This document shows positions 34,488 to 44,828 of a stretch of 64,000 nt of DNA, piece by piece (position 1 is the first letter of the stretch; every line of letters begins with the position of its first letter). A program made the position numbers and the translations under genes. The stretch is from an archaeon (GTDB lineage Archaea; Nanobdellota; Nanobdellia; Pacearchaeales; DTIR01), in the NCBI GenBank assembly GCA_043799715.1, contig JAZDNM010000005.1:4859-68858 (forward strand), read 5' to 3'. Under the pieces are notes generated by a model. The model ran no database searches, was not told the origin of the DNA, and worked only from the letters and a program-made list of their open reading frames with translations.

Positions 34488-35948
34488 TTATTTGCTTAAA
34501 ATTTTTTTAATACTAGTTAATTTAGCATTTACAAATGCCTTTAATCCCCTGCTTCTTATGTAGTTCCTGTACCATATCATTTTTTTCTGAAGCCAGTTGA
34601 GATATTCAAGTTTATGCTTTTTGAAGTATCCTCTGTGAACTTTAGAGATAACATAATCCCTCATTTTGAATAGTTCTTCATCGCTCCATTTTGTGAGATT
34701 AATTGTGAATTCCGTGGCATTCCCCAATCTGCTTATGTATTCTTCTTCATCTTTGATTAACCCATCCTTCCTTGCCTGTTCATAAAGAGCAGTCCCGGGA
34801 TAAGGCGTTACAAAGAAAATGGTTGTCAGATGCCTATCGTTATCTATACAGAATCTCGCTGTTTCATCAAGAGTTTCTTTTGTTTCTTCAGGAAAGCCCA
34901 TCATAAAACTTGTATTCAGCCGCAATCCCATTTTTCTTGTGAGGGATATCGCCTTCGCAGCTTGTTCTGTTGTCACTCCCTTTTTCATAATATCAAGCAT
35001 TTTTTGGCTTCCGGACTCTATGCCATAATTCAGCAGGATACATCCTGCCTGTTTCATTTTTTTAATTAGTTCCTCATCCACAACATTAACCCTTGCACAG
35101 CAAAGCCAGATAATCCCAAGATTTTCTCTTATCATTGCGTCACAGAAATCAAGCGTCCACTGCTTGTTTCCACAGAAAAGATCGTCAGTAAAGTATACAA
35201 TTTCAATATTATACCTTTTTCTTAAAATCTTGAGTTCTTCAATGACATTTTCAACAGGTCTCCTTGTGGCGTAATGCTCGAATGTTTCATAGCAGTATGT
35301 GCAGTGGTATGGGCATCCCCTGCCCGCTATCACATTGATGCTGTTCTTTTTCATCTCCATTATTGCTTCGACTTCAAATTGATTCTTTATGTACTCTTCC
35401 ATTGCAAATAAGTGCCAAGCTGGAAAAGGAAGAATGCCAATATCCTTTATTCTACACTCCTTTGGGGTTTTGATAATTTTGCCATCCTCCTTGAAACAGA
35501 TGCTATTTACTTCAGATAAATCCTTGTTCTTTTCTAATGCTTCCAGGAGATTTATTATTGCTATTTCTCCTTCCCCTATCACAGCGATATCTGCTTTAAG
35601 TTTTTCAATGCATAGTTCTGGGATTGAGCTTCCAATGCCCCCCCCAATAATCACTTTTGTTTTTGGGTCAATTTCCCTGATTATCGCTATAAGCCACTTC
35701 ACATAATTATAACAGGTTATCAGGCAGCCTATGCCCAGAATATTAAAGCCTTTATTCCAGATTAATTCTCTAAGTTTGTTCTTTACAGTTTCTTTGTCAT
35801 ATCTATAACCATTTATATCAAGAACATTAACGTCATAATTATGCTCAAGGAGAGTTGCGGCTATATACCCCAAACCGGAAGGGAACATTGCAGGCGGGGC
35901 TGTCTCCCTTATAGGGGGATTTATCAGCAAAATCTTTTGTTTGTCCAT
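34488..35948 (-). CDS. B12-binding (class B) radical SAM enzyme, paralog 2 (closest to paralog 1)
   Basis: ILLINPP...GLGYIAATL, GEGE, and GRGCPYHCTYCYE. It shares long identical blocks with paralog 1 (LPFPAW, FFVTPYPGT.LYE, INLTK.S.EELF). Confidence 0.85.
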   Translation of the reverse strand: MDKQKILLINPPIRETAPPAMFPSGLGYIAATLLEHNYDVNVLDINGYRYDKETVKNKLRELIWNKGFNILGIGCLITCYNYVKWLIAIIREIDPKTKVIIGGGIGSSIPELCIEKLKADIAVIGEGEIAIINLLEALEKNKDLSEVNSICFKEDGKIIKTPKECRIKDIGILPFPAWHLFAMEEYIKNQFEVEAIMEMKKNSINVIAGRGCPYHCTYCYETFEHYATRRPVENVIEELKILRKRYNIEIVYFTDDLFCGNKQWTLDFCDAMIRENLGIIWLCCARVNVVDEELIKKMKQAGCILLNYGIESGSQKMLDIMKKGVTTEQAAKAISLTRKMGLRLNTSFMMGFPEETKETLDETARFCIDNDRHLTTIFFVTPYPGTALYEQARKDGLIKDEEEYISRLGNATEFTINLTKWSDEELFKMRDYVISKVHRGYFKKHKLEYLNWLQKKMIWYRNYIRSRGLKAFVNAKLTSIKKILSK

Positions 35949-36030
35949 TTGATTATACTCTTAAAAGGATATTTATATTCGGAAAATTGAGAAAGGTTTA
36001 AAAAGCTTGTTAAAAACGGTTACTATACTT

Positions 36031-36918
36031 ATGGAAAACATCTCTGTGGTTTACCATTACATAAGGGATAATCAAAGGATGCATGCCCTTACTCCAAAAC
36101 AATTTGAAAGCCAAATTTCCTTTTTCTCGAGGGATTATAAATTGATTACGCTCACAGAACTATTAAACAAAGATAATTCTGAGAAGACATGCACAATAAC
36201 TTTTGATGATGGCTTAAAAGATTCATATAATGTTATTCCAGTACTAAATAAATTTTCGGCAAAAGCAGTCTTCTTTTTGCCATGCAGCATTCTTTCAGGT
36301 TCAAAGAAAGTTCTTGCAGTCCAGAAAAGGCACTATTTGCTTGCAGAAATAGGGGTAGAGAAGTTTACTGAAGAATTCAATAAGATTTCTGATGAATCCC
36401 ATAAGATTAAGCCGGACAAAAGGATACAGGAATTATGGAATAAGAATAGGGCTCTTTCAATCTATGATGATGTCCTTACGGCAAACTTAAAATATACCCT
36501 GGATTATGGAACTCCTGATAAAATAGAATCTTTCTTGGGCAAAGTATTCAACAAATTTTTTGATGAAGAGAAGGAATTTGATAAGATGTACATGAACAAA
36601 AAAGAGATTAAACTGCTTGAGAAACAAGGGATGGACATGGGAATTCATGGGCTTAATCATAAATGGCTTGGAAAATTGACTCCTAAAGAGCAGTTTGCAG
36701 AACTCAGCAAATCAGTCGAGTTATTCGATGATTTTTTTGGTTACAAGCCAAAGTATATTTCTTATCCTCATGGGGACTACAATCTCTCCACTTTGCGAAT
36801 CCTTAAGGAATTGGGATTCAAGGCAGGATATACAATCAAGGAGCATGATAACACCAATTTAGACAATCCCCTGGAATTAGGCAGATATGACTGTGCGAGA
36901 TACTTAAAAGAAAAATAA
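36031..36918 (+). CDS. Polysaccharide deacetylase (NodB/CE4 family)
   Basis: ITFDDGLKDSY and GIHGLNHKWL motifs. ATG 36031 lies about 31 nt downstream of GGTTTAAAAAGC. The tracker start at 36007 is TTG. Confidence 0.7.
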   Translation: MENISVVYHYIRDNQRMHALTPKQFESQISFFSRDYKLITLTELLNKDNSEKTCTITFDDGLKDSYNVIPVLNKFSAKAVFFLPCSILSGSKKVLAVQKRHYLLAEIGVEKFTEEFNKISDESHKIKPDKRIQELWNKNRALSIYDDVLTANLKYTLDYGTPDKIESFLGKVFNKFFDEEKEFDKMYMNKKEIKLLEKQGMDMGIHGLNHKWLGKLTPKEQFAELSKSVELFDDFFGYKPKYISYPHGDYNLSTLRILKELGFKAGYTIKEHDNTNLDNPLELGRYDCARYLKEK

Positions 36919-38859
36919 TTATCTTTGTTCTTTAATCATCTTGTATATTAATTCTGCAACCCTTGCACTTGCTTTGCCGTCGGTTTTATAGAAATAGTCT
37001 TCAATAAATCTCTTTCTGCCTTCTTCAAATTTCTTATTCATCTTCCCTCTAAATAGAGTCTTGAGAGCATTCTTAAAATCTTTATCTTGATAGACCCCCA
37101 TGCAAGCCCCTGATTTTACGTAAGCTACCTGTTCCGGAAATTTAATTAAATTGACACTTATAACTGGCTTTCTTAGAAGAATTGCGTCATATATACATGT
37201 GGATTCTAACGTAACCATAACATCTGATAAATCTATAAGTTCGTCAATATCAAACTCTTTTTTAGTTATAACAACATTTTTGGGGTTATATTTCTCAACT
37301 ATTTTCTTAGGCATTTCTTCCTCTTCTCTCGGATGGAGTTTTATTATCAGTTGCATATCCTTGCGGTTCTTGATGGTGTTCACTACTAATTCTATCAATC
37401 TTTTTCTTGTATTTTCCCCCCATATGCCTTCAAATGCCTGTGAAACAAGCAGAACTGTTTTCTTGTTTCCGTCTAATCCTAACTTTTCAAGTAATTCCTC
37501 TTTTCTTTTTGTAGATATTTTTTTAATAGAGATAGAATCATGCAAAGAACTTCCCGTAACAATAAGTCTGCTGTCCGCTATACCCCATCTTCCCATGTAC
37601 TCCTTATCGGCAGGACCCCATAATGCTATTTTATCGCAGGTCAATGGAATGAAAAATCTTCCAGAATCATCTACTTGCAGCCCCTGCTGAACCATAAGCG
37701 TGGGAATTGATTTTGATTTTGCAGCCATTACTGCAGATCTTGTAGGAGTTATAAAATCGCAGATAGTTGCTACTAAATTTATGTTTAATTTATCCATAAG
37801 CACTTTTGATGTTTCTATATAGTGCATAATCCATTTGAATTTTATGCAAAAATAGAACTCCAAGTCTTTTTTTATCACTTCTTCTAAATTTTCTCCCTTG
37901 TAACTTAACAACTTGCAAAATTCCTTATCTTTTTCAAGGCGTTTCCATAAGCCAACTACTTCCCTATTTTTTTCGTTTATGTCTTTTTTCATGTTTTGAT
38001 TTAGAAAATCCCCGAAAGAAACATAATTCAATCCCTGATTCTTCAGTTCATCCTGCATATTTGTTTTGGTAGTTACCATTACAACATTATTATCCCTTGA
38101 TTTCAGGAGCTCTTTTACAACGTTTTCTATCCTGCTGTAATACAATTTGTCAAACCCCAGAATTAGTATATTATTTCTTTTGCATTTTATTTTGCTTAAA
38201 TTTCCTGTTTTGACAAACTCTCTCCTTATCATTCCGGGCATTTTATAGAACCTCGCTGCAAAAGAATATCCTTTTATCAAATTCCTTATAACCTCCGCAG
38301 CATAATCCCCAAATTTGTTAGAATAGGAATTTATCACAATGCCCCTTTTTTTTGCAATAGATTCACAACATCTCCCTGTTACACTTCTTCTGCTGTTTAG
38401 GAGTATGGTACCAGGTTTTTCTATTTCTACTATCCTTTTTAATACAATTGTCTCATATAACACTGTAATAAGCCAAAAAGAAAATTCCTCTTCCAAAGCA
38501 TACCATAAGTCAATCCCCTTGTAATTTAAAATTTTTTTTATATTGTCAAATTTGGACCATTTAGTAATCAACTCTTTGCATTCAAGATATCTCTTGTCTT
38601 GTTCATAATGTCTTGCATAATCCCCAAAAGCCTTAGATTTAATACCCCTCTTCTCGAGTTCAACTTGGTTTGGATAGTCCGATACAATTAGCAGATTTCT
38701 ATTTTTGTATTTGTTTATAACCTTTAATATACAAAAATTAAAAATAAAATTCCAATAGAATGCATTCAGCCTTTTGAATATCCCAAAATCAGGCAGTAAC
38801 GGCTCTTTTCTTATAAAAAGGATTATTTTTTCTTCCTTCTTGCTTACGTTGGATAGCAT
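36919..38859 (-). CDS. Large GT-B-fold transferase-like protein (C-terminal domain resembles TagF/KpsS-type polyol-phosphate or capsule transferases)
   Basis: C-terminal LIIKLHPREEE...DIDELIDLSDVMVTLESTCIYDAILLRKPVI resembles the nucleotide-sugar-binding half of GT-B enzymes. The N-terminal two thirds are unassigned. Confidence 0.35.
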   Translation of the reverse strand: MLSNVSKKEEKIILFIRKEPLLPDFGIFKRLNAFYWNFIFNFCILKVINKYKNRNLLIVSDYPNQVELEKRGIKSKAFGDYARHYEQDKRYLECKELITKWSKFDNIKKILNYKGIDLWYALEEEFSFWLITVLYETIVLKRIVEIEKPGTILLNSRRSVTGRCCESIAKKRGIVINSYSNKFGDYAAEVIRNLIKGYSFAARFYKMPGMIRREFVKTGNLSKIKCKRNNILILGFDKLYYSRIENVVKELLKSRDNNVVMVTTKTNMQDELKNQGLNYVSFGDFLNQNMKKDINEKNREVVGLWKRLEKDKEFCKLLSYKGENLEEVIKKDLEFYFCIKFKWIMHYIETSKVLMDKLNINLVATICDFITPTRSAVMAAKSKSIPTLMVQQGLQVDDSGRFFIPLTCDKIALWGPADKEYMGRWGIADSRLIVTGSSLHDSISIKKISTKRKEELLEKLGLDGNKKTVLLVSQAFEGIWGENTRKRLIELVVNTIKNRKDMQLIIKLHPREEEEMPKKIVEKYNPKNVVITKKEFDIDELIDLSDVMVTLESTCIYDAILLRKPVISVNLIKFPEQVAYVKSGACMGVYQDKDFKNALKTLFRGKMNKKFEEGRKRFIEDYFYKTDGKASARVAELIYKMIKEQR

Positions 38860-38902
38860 ATATTAATATTAAAAATATTCTTTTAAAGCTTATGAATGCG
38901 AG

Positions 38903-40291
38903 TTAACTCCTGCAGATTTTGTAATCTCCTTCCTCATAGAAAACCCTGAAATTTTCTGATTCAAAAATGCTTTCGCCTTGGCACTGGATGTTTGTATCAA
39001 GGACATTTCTTTTCAAGTTGAATATAACGGGCTGCCCTAGATAATAAGCTAAAGCAGAGCTTGTAAACTCGTCATTCGTTATGAATGTGCCTGTTGCATT
39101 CTGCTGCTTTAATACAGCATTTACGTCCAGAATCTGGCTGTCAATTTGATGCATATGCCCTGCTATTCCAAAAGCAGAGATAGTTGAAACTGCGCAGAAC
39201 AAGATAACAACTCCATAGCAAATCTGCCTTGCTCTAATGCTCTTTATGCTTTCAATAAACTTTGCTGTGAAAATGAAAAGGAAAATCCATAAGGGAAAGG
39301 TGTATCTTCCGGCATCCCCGCTTAATAGAAGCAGAAAAGTCCAGTAAATAAACGTAAATGCAAGTAACGGCAGCATAAGCAAAATATGCTCTTTATACTT
39401 CCTGCTATATTTAAACAAGGCAAGGATTATCATAAGAGAAAGTCCTGCTGTTAAGATAAGTGCCCCAAGATAATAAATACTGTAGATAAAAGCAAGGCTT
39501 CCAGAGAATGAAACTTTTGTTTGCAGGGGGATCTCCCAGAAATAATGGTATGCAAGAATAAATGAAGCAAAATATTCTTTTAAGCTATGCAATGAAGCCG
39601 GATTAAGGGTAACGCCTATGAACGCCCTCCCAGTTGTCAGATAGTTTTTAATTGGCCAGAACAAGGTAAGTAAAGCGCCTGTTGCTATAAAAAGAAGAGA
39701 TTTAATCTTTATTTTCCATTCTGCCTTTTTTCCAAGTATGTAAAGCCCGAAACCCATTGTGAGTATATATCCTGTTTGTTTTGCCAAAATCATCAGGCAT
39801 GTCAGGGAGATTAAGGCAAAAATCCATTTGCCTTTGGGCTTTTCTATATATTCCTCCAAACTTAAGAATAATGCCAGAACAAAAAAGGCAATAATCATCT
39901 CCTGCATTATTGTAACGCTAAGCAACAAAGTCCAAGTTGAAAAAAGAAATAAGGAAAGGGCAATAATCTGCTCTTTTTTATTAAGCTTGAATCTTCTGAA
40001 TGTCGCGGGCAGCAGAAAAAGAATGGCAATAAAAAAGATTAATGAAGTAGATTTCCAGGCAATCCAGAGCAGGTTGCCCTTGAGAAATAGCATCCAGAAT
40101 GCCTCTAGTATTATGAGCAGGGGAAAATCATAAAAATTAAAATTCCAGTGCAGGATTTTCTCTGCATTTGGAAGATATCTTATTACAGGATCCGCGAACA
40201 TGCTTATTGGCGCAATAAATAGCAAGGTAAGGCGGATAATTACCGCCAGGGCTATAACAGAGATAACCGCCCCTTTGTAATCTAACTTCAT
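38903..40291 (-). CDS. Polytopic membrane protein, GT-C-like (ArnT/PMT_2-type) glycosyltransferase candidate
   Basis: 462 aa, about 11-12 TM helices followed by a soluble C-terminal domain. Confidence 0.4.
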   Translation of the reverse strand: MKLDYKGAVISVIALAVIIRLTLLFIAPISMFADPVIRYLPNAEKILHWNFNFYDFPLLIILEAFWMLFLKGNLLWIAWKSTSLIFFIAILFLLPATFRRFKLNKKEQIIALSLFLFSTWTLLLSVTIMQEMIIAFFVLALFLSLEEYIEKPKGKWIFALISLTCLMILAKQTGYILTMGFGLYILGKKAEWKIKIKSLLFIATGALLTLFWPIKNYLTTGRAFIGVTLNPASLHSLKEYFASFILAYHYFWEIPLQTKVSFSGSLAFIYSIYYLGALILTAGLSLMIILALFKYSRKYKEHILLMLPLLAFTFIYWTFLLLLSGDAGRYTFPLWIFLFIFTAKFIESIKSIRARQICYGVVILFCAVSTISAFGIAGHMHQIDSQILDVNAVLKQQNATGTFITNDEFTSSALAYYLGQPVIFNLKRNVLDTNIQCQGESIFESENFRVFYEEGDYKICRS

Positions 40292-40360
40292 ATTTCCAAT
40301 CAGGATTAGTGATTTATTAATATTACTAAAATTTATATATCAAAAATATTTTATGGGAGC

Positions 40361-40990
40361 ATGGCAAGCCATCTTGTAATGGAGAAAGAGCATATGAATA
40401 AGCTTTACAATTCAAAGAATTTTCTTGTCAGATTTTTCCATAACCAAAGGCTGAATTCTATTCTCCACTTTATTCCTGAAAAACAAGCAAACTTGAAGGT
40501 GCTTGATGCTGGCTGCGGTGAAGGGCACTTGCTTGAGGCAATTTATCAAAAAAATCCAAAGCTTAAGCTTTATGGTGTCGATGTGACAAAAATTGCCTTG
40601 TCTTCAACAAAAAAGAGATTAAAAGGAAAAGCAAAGATTTCAATGCAGGACATTACAAAATTAAAGTTTCCCAAGGGATATTTTGATATTATAATCTGTT
40701 CAGATGCCTTAGAGCATATTTTTGACTATAACCAAGCAGTTTCCAATCTGAAAAATGCGGCAAAAAACAAGGGGATTATCATAGTGAGCTATCCCAATGA
40801 GTTAAATCTGATAATTTCGAGATTTCTAATGGGCATAACTCCAGCAAAAGCGCAGGATCATGTAAACTCTTTCTCTCCAGTAAAAATGAAAAAAGAATTT
40901 AACCTGCCTGTTGCAGAGCAGTTTAATCTTCCGGTAAATCTTCCTTTTATTTTTTCGCTTGAAGCGGTTCAGGCATTTACAAAGAAATAA
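40361..40990 (+). CDS. Class I SAM-dependent methyltransferase
   Basis: VLDAGCGEGHLL motif I and IICSDALEHI. ATTTATATAT is centred about 26 nt upstream. Confidence 0.8.
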   Translation: MASHLVMEKEHMNKLYNSKNFLVRFFHNQRLNSILHFIPEKQANLKVLDAGCGEGHLLEAIYQKNPKLKLYGVDVTKIALSSTKKRLKGKAKISMQDITKLKFPKGYFDIIICSDALEHIFDYNQAVSNLKNAAKNKGIIIVSYPNELNLIISRFLMGITPAKAQDHVNSFSPVKMKKEFNLPVAEQFNLPVNLPFIFSLEAVQAFTKK

Positions 40991-42472
40991 TCACTTTTTT
41001 GGCTTGCTGATAAATCCTAGCAGGAATCTAAGCCCTTTAAGATATCTTATTATATCTTCAAGAGAATTAATCTTCCTTATTCTTGATAGGATATACTCCG
41101 GTCTTATATAAAATTCCCGCATAGCTTTTTTTTCAATCTCCCTAATTTGCTCTGCATTCTTGTATCCTTTAGGGATAAAAACAGGCTCCCAGATATTAAA
41201 TTTTGAAAAATCCTCTGTCAGTGTGCCGTAATCCTTTGCATTTTCATACAACGCTGTTGCCGGGTAGGGTGTTGTAATGCAGAACTGTGCATAATCTGGA
41301 TTCAATTTCTTGGCAAATTCAATTGTTTTTCTTGCCAGTTCAGGCGTTTCTCCAGGAAGCGCAATCATAAAACTTGCCCGAACTTCAATGCCTATCTTTT
41401 TGCATAGTTGATTTGCCTCTGCAATCTGCTTGAGGGTTATACCCTTGTTTATATTATCAAGCAGCTCCTGAACTCCGGACTCAAATCCAAAGAAGATGTT
41501 CCAGCATCCTGCCTTCTTCATTTTTTTCAGCAAGGGTTCATCAACAGAGTCAACCCTTGCATAGCATGTCCAAGTGATATCAACTTTGTTTTTAATCAGC
41601 AAGTCACAGAATTTATTCATCCATTCCCTATTTGTGGTCATCATGTCATCCCAGAAAGATATCTCTTTAGCGCCATATTTCTTCATTGAGTAAACAATTT
41701 CTTCAACAACTTTTTCAGGGCTTCTTGCTCTTATTTTTCTTCCAAAAACCTTGTTGTTTGAGCAGAAAGAGCAGTTGTAAGGGCAGCCCCTTATTGCAAC
41801 CATATGAACCACAGGCTTTCTTTTATACTGATTTGGCAGAGGGAGATATCTTTTCATAGGCAGCAGCTCCCTTGCAGGATAAGGCAGTTCATCAAGATTC
41901 TTTATCAGTTCTCTCGCCTTATTTACAGTTATGCCTTTCTCATCTCTGAATGCGATTCCATTTATTTCTTTTAGTTTCTCGCTTGAAAGTAATTTTTTAG
42001 GATTATAGTTAAATGATTTGTAGAGCTCTAAAATTTCAATTGAAGTGATTTCTCCCTCTCCAAGCACTGCAATGTCAAAATCTGATTCTTCAACAACTTT
42101 TTCAGGCATTATAGTCACATGATGCCCCCCAATAATCAAAAGTATGTCTGGAAACTCCTTTTTTATCTCATTTGCAAGGGATTTAGCCCGATGATAATTA
42201 GGAGTCATTGCAGTAATTCCCACTGCTTTAGGTTTTCTTTCTTTTATGATATGAAGAATATCTTTGGAGGAGTAATTCATAACTACTGAATCTATTATCA
42301 TAATCTTGAAACCCTTTTCTTTGAGCACTGCTGCAATCATAGCTAATCCAAGAGGCGGCAAATTCCCCCCAACATCCCCCACATCCCTTGCATACCTCTC
42401 ATTTACAGAAATAGGCGGATACACAAGCAGGATATCTATTTCTCCATTAATTCCATTTATTTTCTCTGCCAT
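40991..42472 (-). CDS. B12-binding (class B) radical SAM enzyme, paralog 3
   Basis: ILLVYPP..., LGEGE, and IRGCPYNCSFCSN. Its start lies 1 nt after the stop of paralog 4. Confidence 0.85.
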   Translation of the reverse strand: MAEKINGINGEIDILLVYPPISVNERYARDVGDVGGNLPPLGLAMIAAVLKEKGFKIMIIDSVVMNYSSKDILHIIKERKPKAVGITAMTPNYHRAKSLANEIKKEFPDILLIIGGHHVTIMPEKVVEESDFDIAVLGEGEITSIEILELYKSFNYNPKKLLSSEKLKEINGIAFRDEKGITVNKARELIKNLDELPYPARELLPMKRYLPLPNQYKRKPVVHMVAIRGCPYNCSFCSNNKVFGRKIRARSPEKVVEEIVYSMKKYGAKEISFWDDMMTTNREWMNKFCDLLIKNKVDITWTCYARVDSVDEPLLKKMKKAGCWNIFFGFESGVQELLDNINKGITLKQIAEANQLCKKIGIEVRASFMIALPGETPELARKTIEFAKKLNPDYAQFCITTPYPATALYENAKDYGTLTEDFSKFNIWEPVFIPKGYKNAEQIREIEKKAMREFYIRPEYILSRIRKINSLEDIIRYLKGLRFLLGFISKPKK

Positions 42473-42473
42473 T

Positions 42474-43973
42474 TTATTTTTTTGTGAGATAGCTGATTAT
42501 ATTCAGCGTATTTTTTGGATTTTTCAGTAGGCTGCTGTATCTTAAGAGCAGCTTTGGCTTTAAGATGAACTGATAAATTTGCAGAAGCATAACTTTCTGG
42601 TAGAACCTGTTTCTTTCTGATTTTAGGTAATCAACATTAAAATTTTCAGTTTCTATGACCAAACTGTCTTTGCTGCCAAATTCAGAGGGATTATGCCCCT
42701 TAACTAGATAGTTCTTTTCTTTGCTCCTCCTGTAAATTTCCGTTCCTATCAAGGGCATTGCAATTGTGATAACCGAATCCGCGTAATACCTCTTTTTTAG
42801 CATATAAGCAAAATCAAGCGTATTTTTTATGTTGCTTTTTGTTTCTTCAGGGAATCCTATTATAAAAAAACCGGTTAAGGGGATGTTAAGCATCTTGCAG
42901 GAATCTGCAATCTCAACAACTTTCTTTAAATCTAAATTTTTGCCGACAAATCTATTTAGAAAATCCTGGTCGCCTGATTCAACACCCACTTTAAGCGAAC
43001 TGCATCCAGCCCGTTTCATTTTCTTAAGGATTTCATAATTCACCCTGTCAGCCCTTATGCCATTTGGCGTGTCCCATGTAATTCCAACATTCTCTTTGTT
43101 CATCCAGTCCAGTATCTTTTCAAGCCTTTGCGTGTCAAGAACAAGGTTATCATCCTCAAAACTAATATGGCTTACTGCAAAATTGCTGATAAGGTATTCA
43201 ATATGCTTAATCACATACTCTGCTGAATGTGCCCTCCATTTTCTGCCCATATGGGAGTGGATTGAACAGAAAGAGCAGTTGTAAGGGCATCCTCTCGAAG
43301 TTATCACTGATACTCTTTTCCCTTTTATGATTCCTGCGCTTACCCTGCCAAGATTTCTGCTTATCCTGAAATAGTTATTCATGTTTATCAGATGATAAGC
43401 TGGGAAAGGGATGCTATCCAGTTCAGCAATCTCTTTTTTTTGGTTTATTATGTATTCTCCATTTTTTCTGTATGCGAGATTATTTATCCCTGAGAAATCT
43501 TTGTTATTTTCAAGGCTATTGACAAGTTCATCAAAGGCATATTCTCCTTCCCCCATCATAACAAAATCTATACTTTTCTCATTAAGGAAATCTAGTGGCT
43601 TGCAGGAAGCATGCGGGCCGCCAACAACAGTGATTATTTTTTCATTGACTTTTTTTGCTATTTTTGAGACAATTACCGCATTTTCAAACTGTGAGCTGAA
43701 ATGGTTTGAAATGCCGACAATATCCGGCTGCTGTTTTCTTATTTCTTCTTCTATTCTCTTCCAGGATGCGCCAATCAATATTCTTTTGCCAAAATATTCC
43801 TGTGTCTGGACGCTTTTGTTGAATGTTATAGAATCAAATATGCTGACATTTTTGCCGCTTTTTTCCAATACCGCACCGATATACATAAGCCCCAATGGCA
43901 GTCCTATAACTGTAAGGCTGCCCTTTTCAGAGGTTTCAGGGGGGTTTATCAGCAGGACTTTCATAGATGCCAT
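42474..43973 (-). CDS. B12-binding (class B) radical SAM enzyme, paralog 4
   Basis: VLLINPP..., MGEGE, and SRGCPYNCSFCSI. Confidence 0.85.
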   Translation of the reverse strand: MASMKVLLINPPETSEKGSLTVIGLPLGLMYIGAVLEKSGKNVSIFDSITFNKSVQTQEYFGKRILIGASWKRIEEEIRKQQPDIVGISNHFSSQFENAVIVSKIAKKVNEKIITVVGGPHASCKPLDFLNEKSIDFVMMGEGEYAFDELVNSLENNKDFSGINNLAYRKNGEYIINQKKEIAELDSIPFPAYHLINMNNYFRISRNLGRVSAGIIKGKRVSVITSRGCPYNCSFCSIHSHMGRKWRAHSAEYVIKHIEYLISNFAVSHISFEDDNLVLDTQRLEKILDWMNKENVGITWDTPNGIRADRVNYEILKKMKRAGCSSLKVGVESGDQDFLNRFVGKNLDLKKVVEIADSCKMLNIPLTGFFIIGFPEETKSNIKNTLDFAYMLKKRYYADSVITIAMPLIGTEIYRRSKEKNYLVKGHNPSEFGSKDSLVIETENFNVDYLKSERNRFYQKVMLLQIYQFILKPKLLLRYSSLLKNPKNTLNIISYLTKK

Positions 43974-44090
43974 TTTTGTTAGTTCTTTAAAGTAGGAACA
44001 AAATTTGATTTATTAACATTTCGTTTCCTATCAAAGCAATTTGACAAAGTGACAAAAAGGTTTAAATTGCTTGTGGAAATTATATCCCCT

Positions 44091-44810
44091 ATGAAGAAAA
44101 AAGGGAATAGCTTATCAGTAATAATCCCTGCATACAACGAAGAAAAAAGAATTTCAAGAACTATAAATCTGATTCTTTCTTATCTCCAGCATAGAAACTA
44201 TTCATTAGAAATTATTGTTGTTAATGATGGCTCAACAGATAATACTCTGCAGGCTGTCAGGAAGATTAAAGGAAAAGCAATAAAAATAATCACTTACAGC
44301 AAAAATCAAGGCAAGGGATACGCTGTTAGGAAAGGCATGCTTGCCGCGAAGAATAATCTGGCTTTGCTCTGCGATGCTGATTTAAGCACGCCGATTGAAG
44401 AGCTCGGCAATTTTATGAAATTTGTAAAAAATAATGATATCATTGTAGGTTCAAGGGTTCTGCCTGGACATAAAATCGTCAGAAAGCAGCCATTTTTTAG
44501 GGTAATGCTGGGCAGGCTTTTTATTGGCATTATAAAAATAGTTTTAGGTACAGATATTCAGGACACACAATGCGGATTTAAGCTCTTTAAGAACTGCAAA
44601 TCTCTATTCAAGAAACAAAAAATAAGGGGATTTGCATTTGATGTCGAAATATTGGCTTTAGCCAAGAAGCAGGGCATGAGTATACTGGAACTGCCGATTG
44701 TATGGAAAAATGCCGCTGGAAGCAAGGTAAATCCTCTGGGAGATTCACTGAGAATGTTCAAGGACATCTTTAGAATAAGAGAAAATTTTATTAACAGAGC
44801 ATATAAATAA
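44091..44810 (+). CDS. GT2 glycosyltransferase (dolichyl-phosphate hexose synthase-like)
   Basis: LSVIIPAYNEE, VVNDGSTD, CDADLS (DxD), QCGFKLF. ATG 44091 lies about 27 nt after AGGTTTAAATTGC. The tracker start at 44049 is GTG. Confidence 0.8.
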   Translation: MKKKGNSLSVIIPAYNEEKRISRTINLILSYLQHRNYSLEIIVVNDGSTDNTLQAVRKIKGKAIKIITYSKNQGKGYAVRKGMLAAKNNLALLCDADLSTPIEELGNFMKFVKNNDIIVGSRVLPGHKIVRKQPFFRVMLGRLFIGIIKIVLGTDIQDTQCGFKLFKNCKSLFKKQKIRGFAFDVEILALAKKQGMSILELPIVWKNAAGSKVNPLGDSLRMFKDIFRIRENFINRAYK

Positions 44811-44828
44811 TTTTTAAATCTCTGCCTC

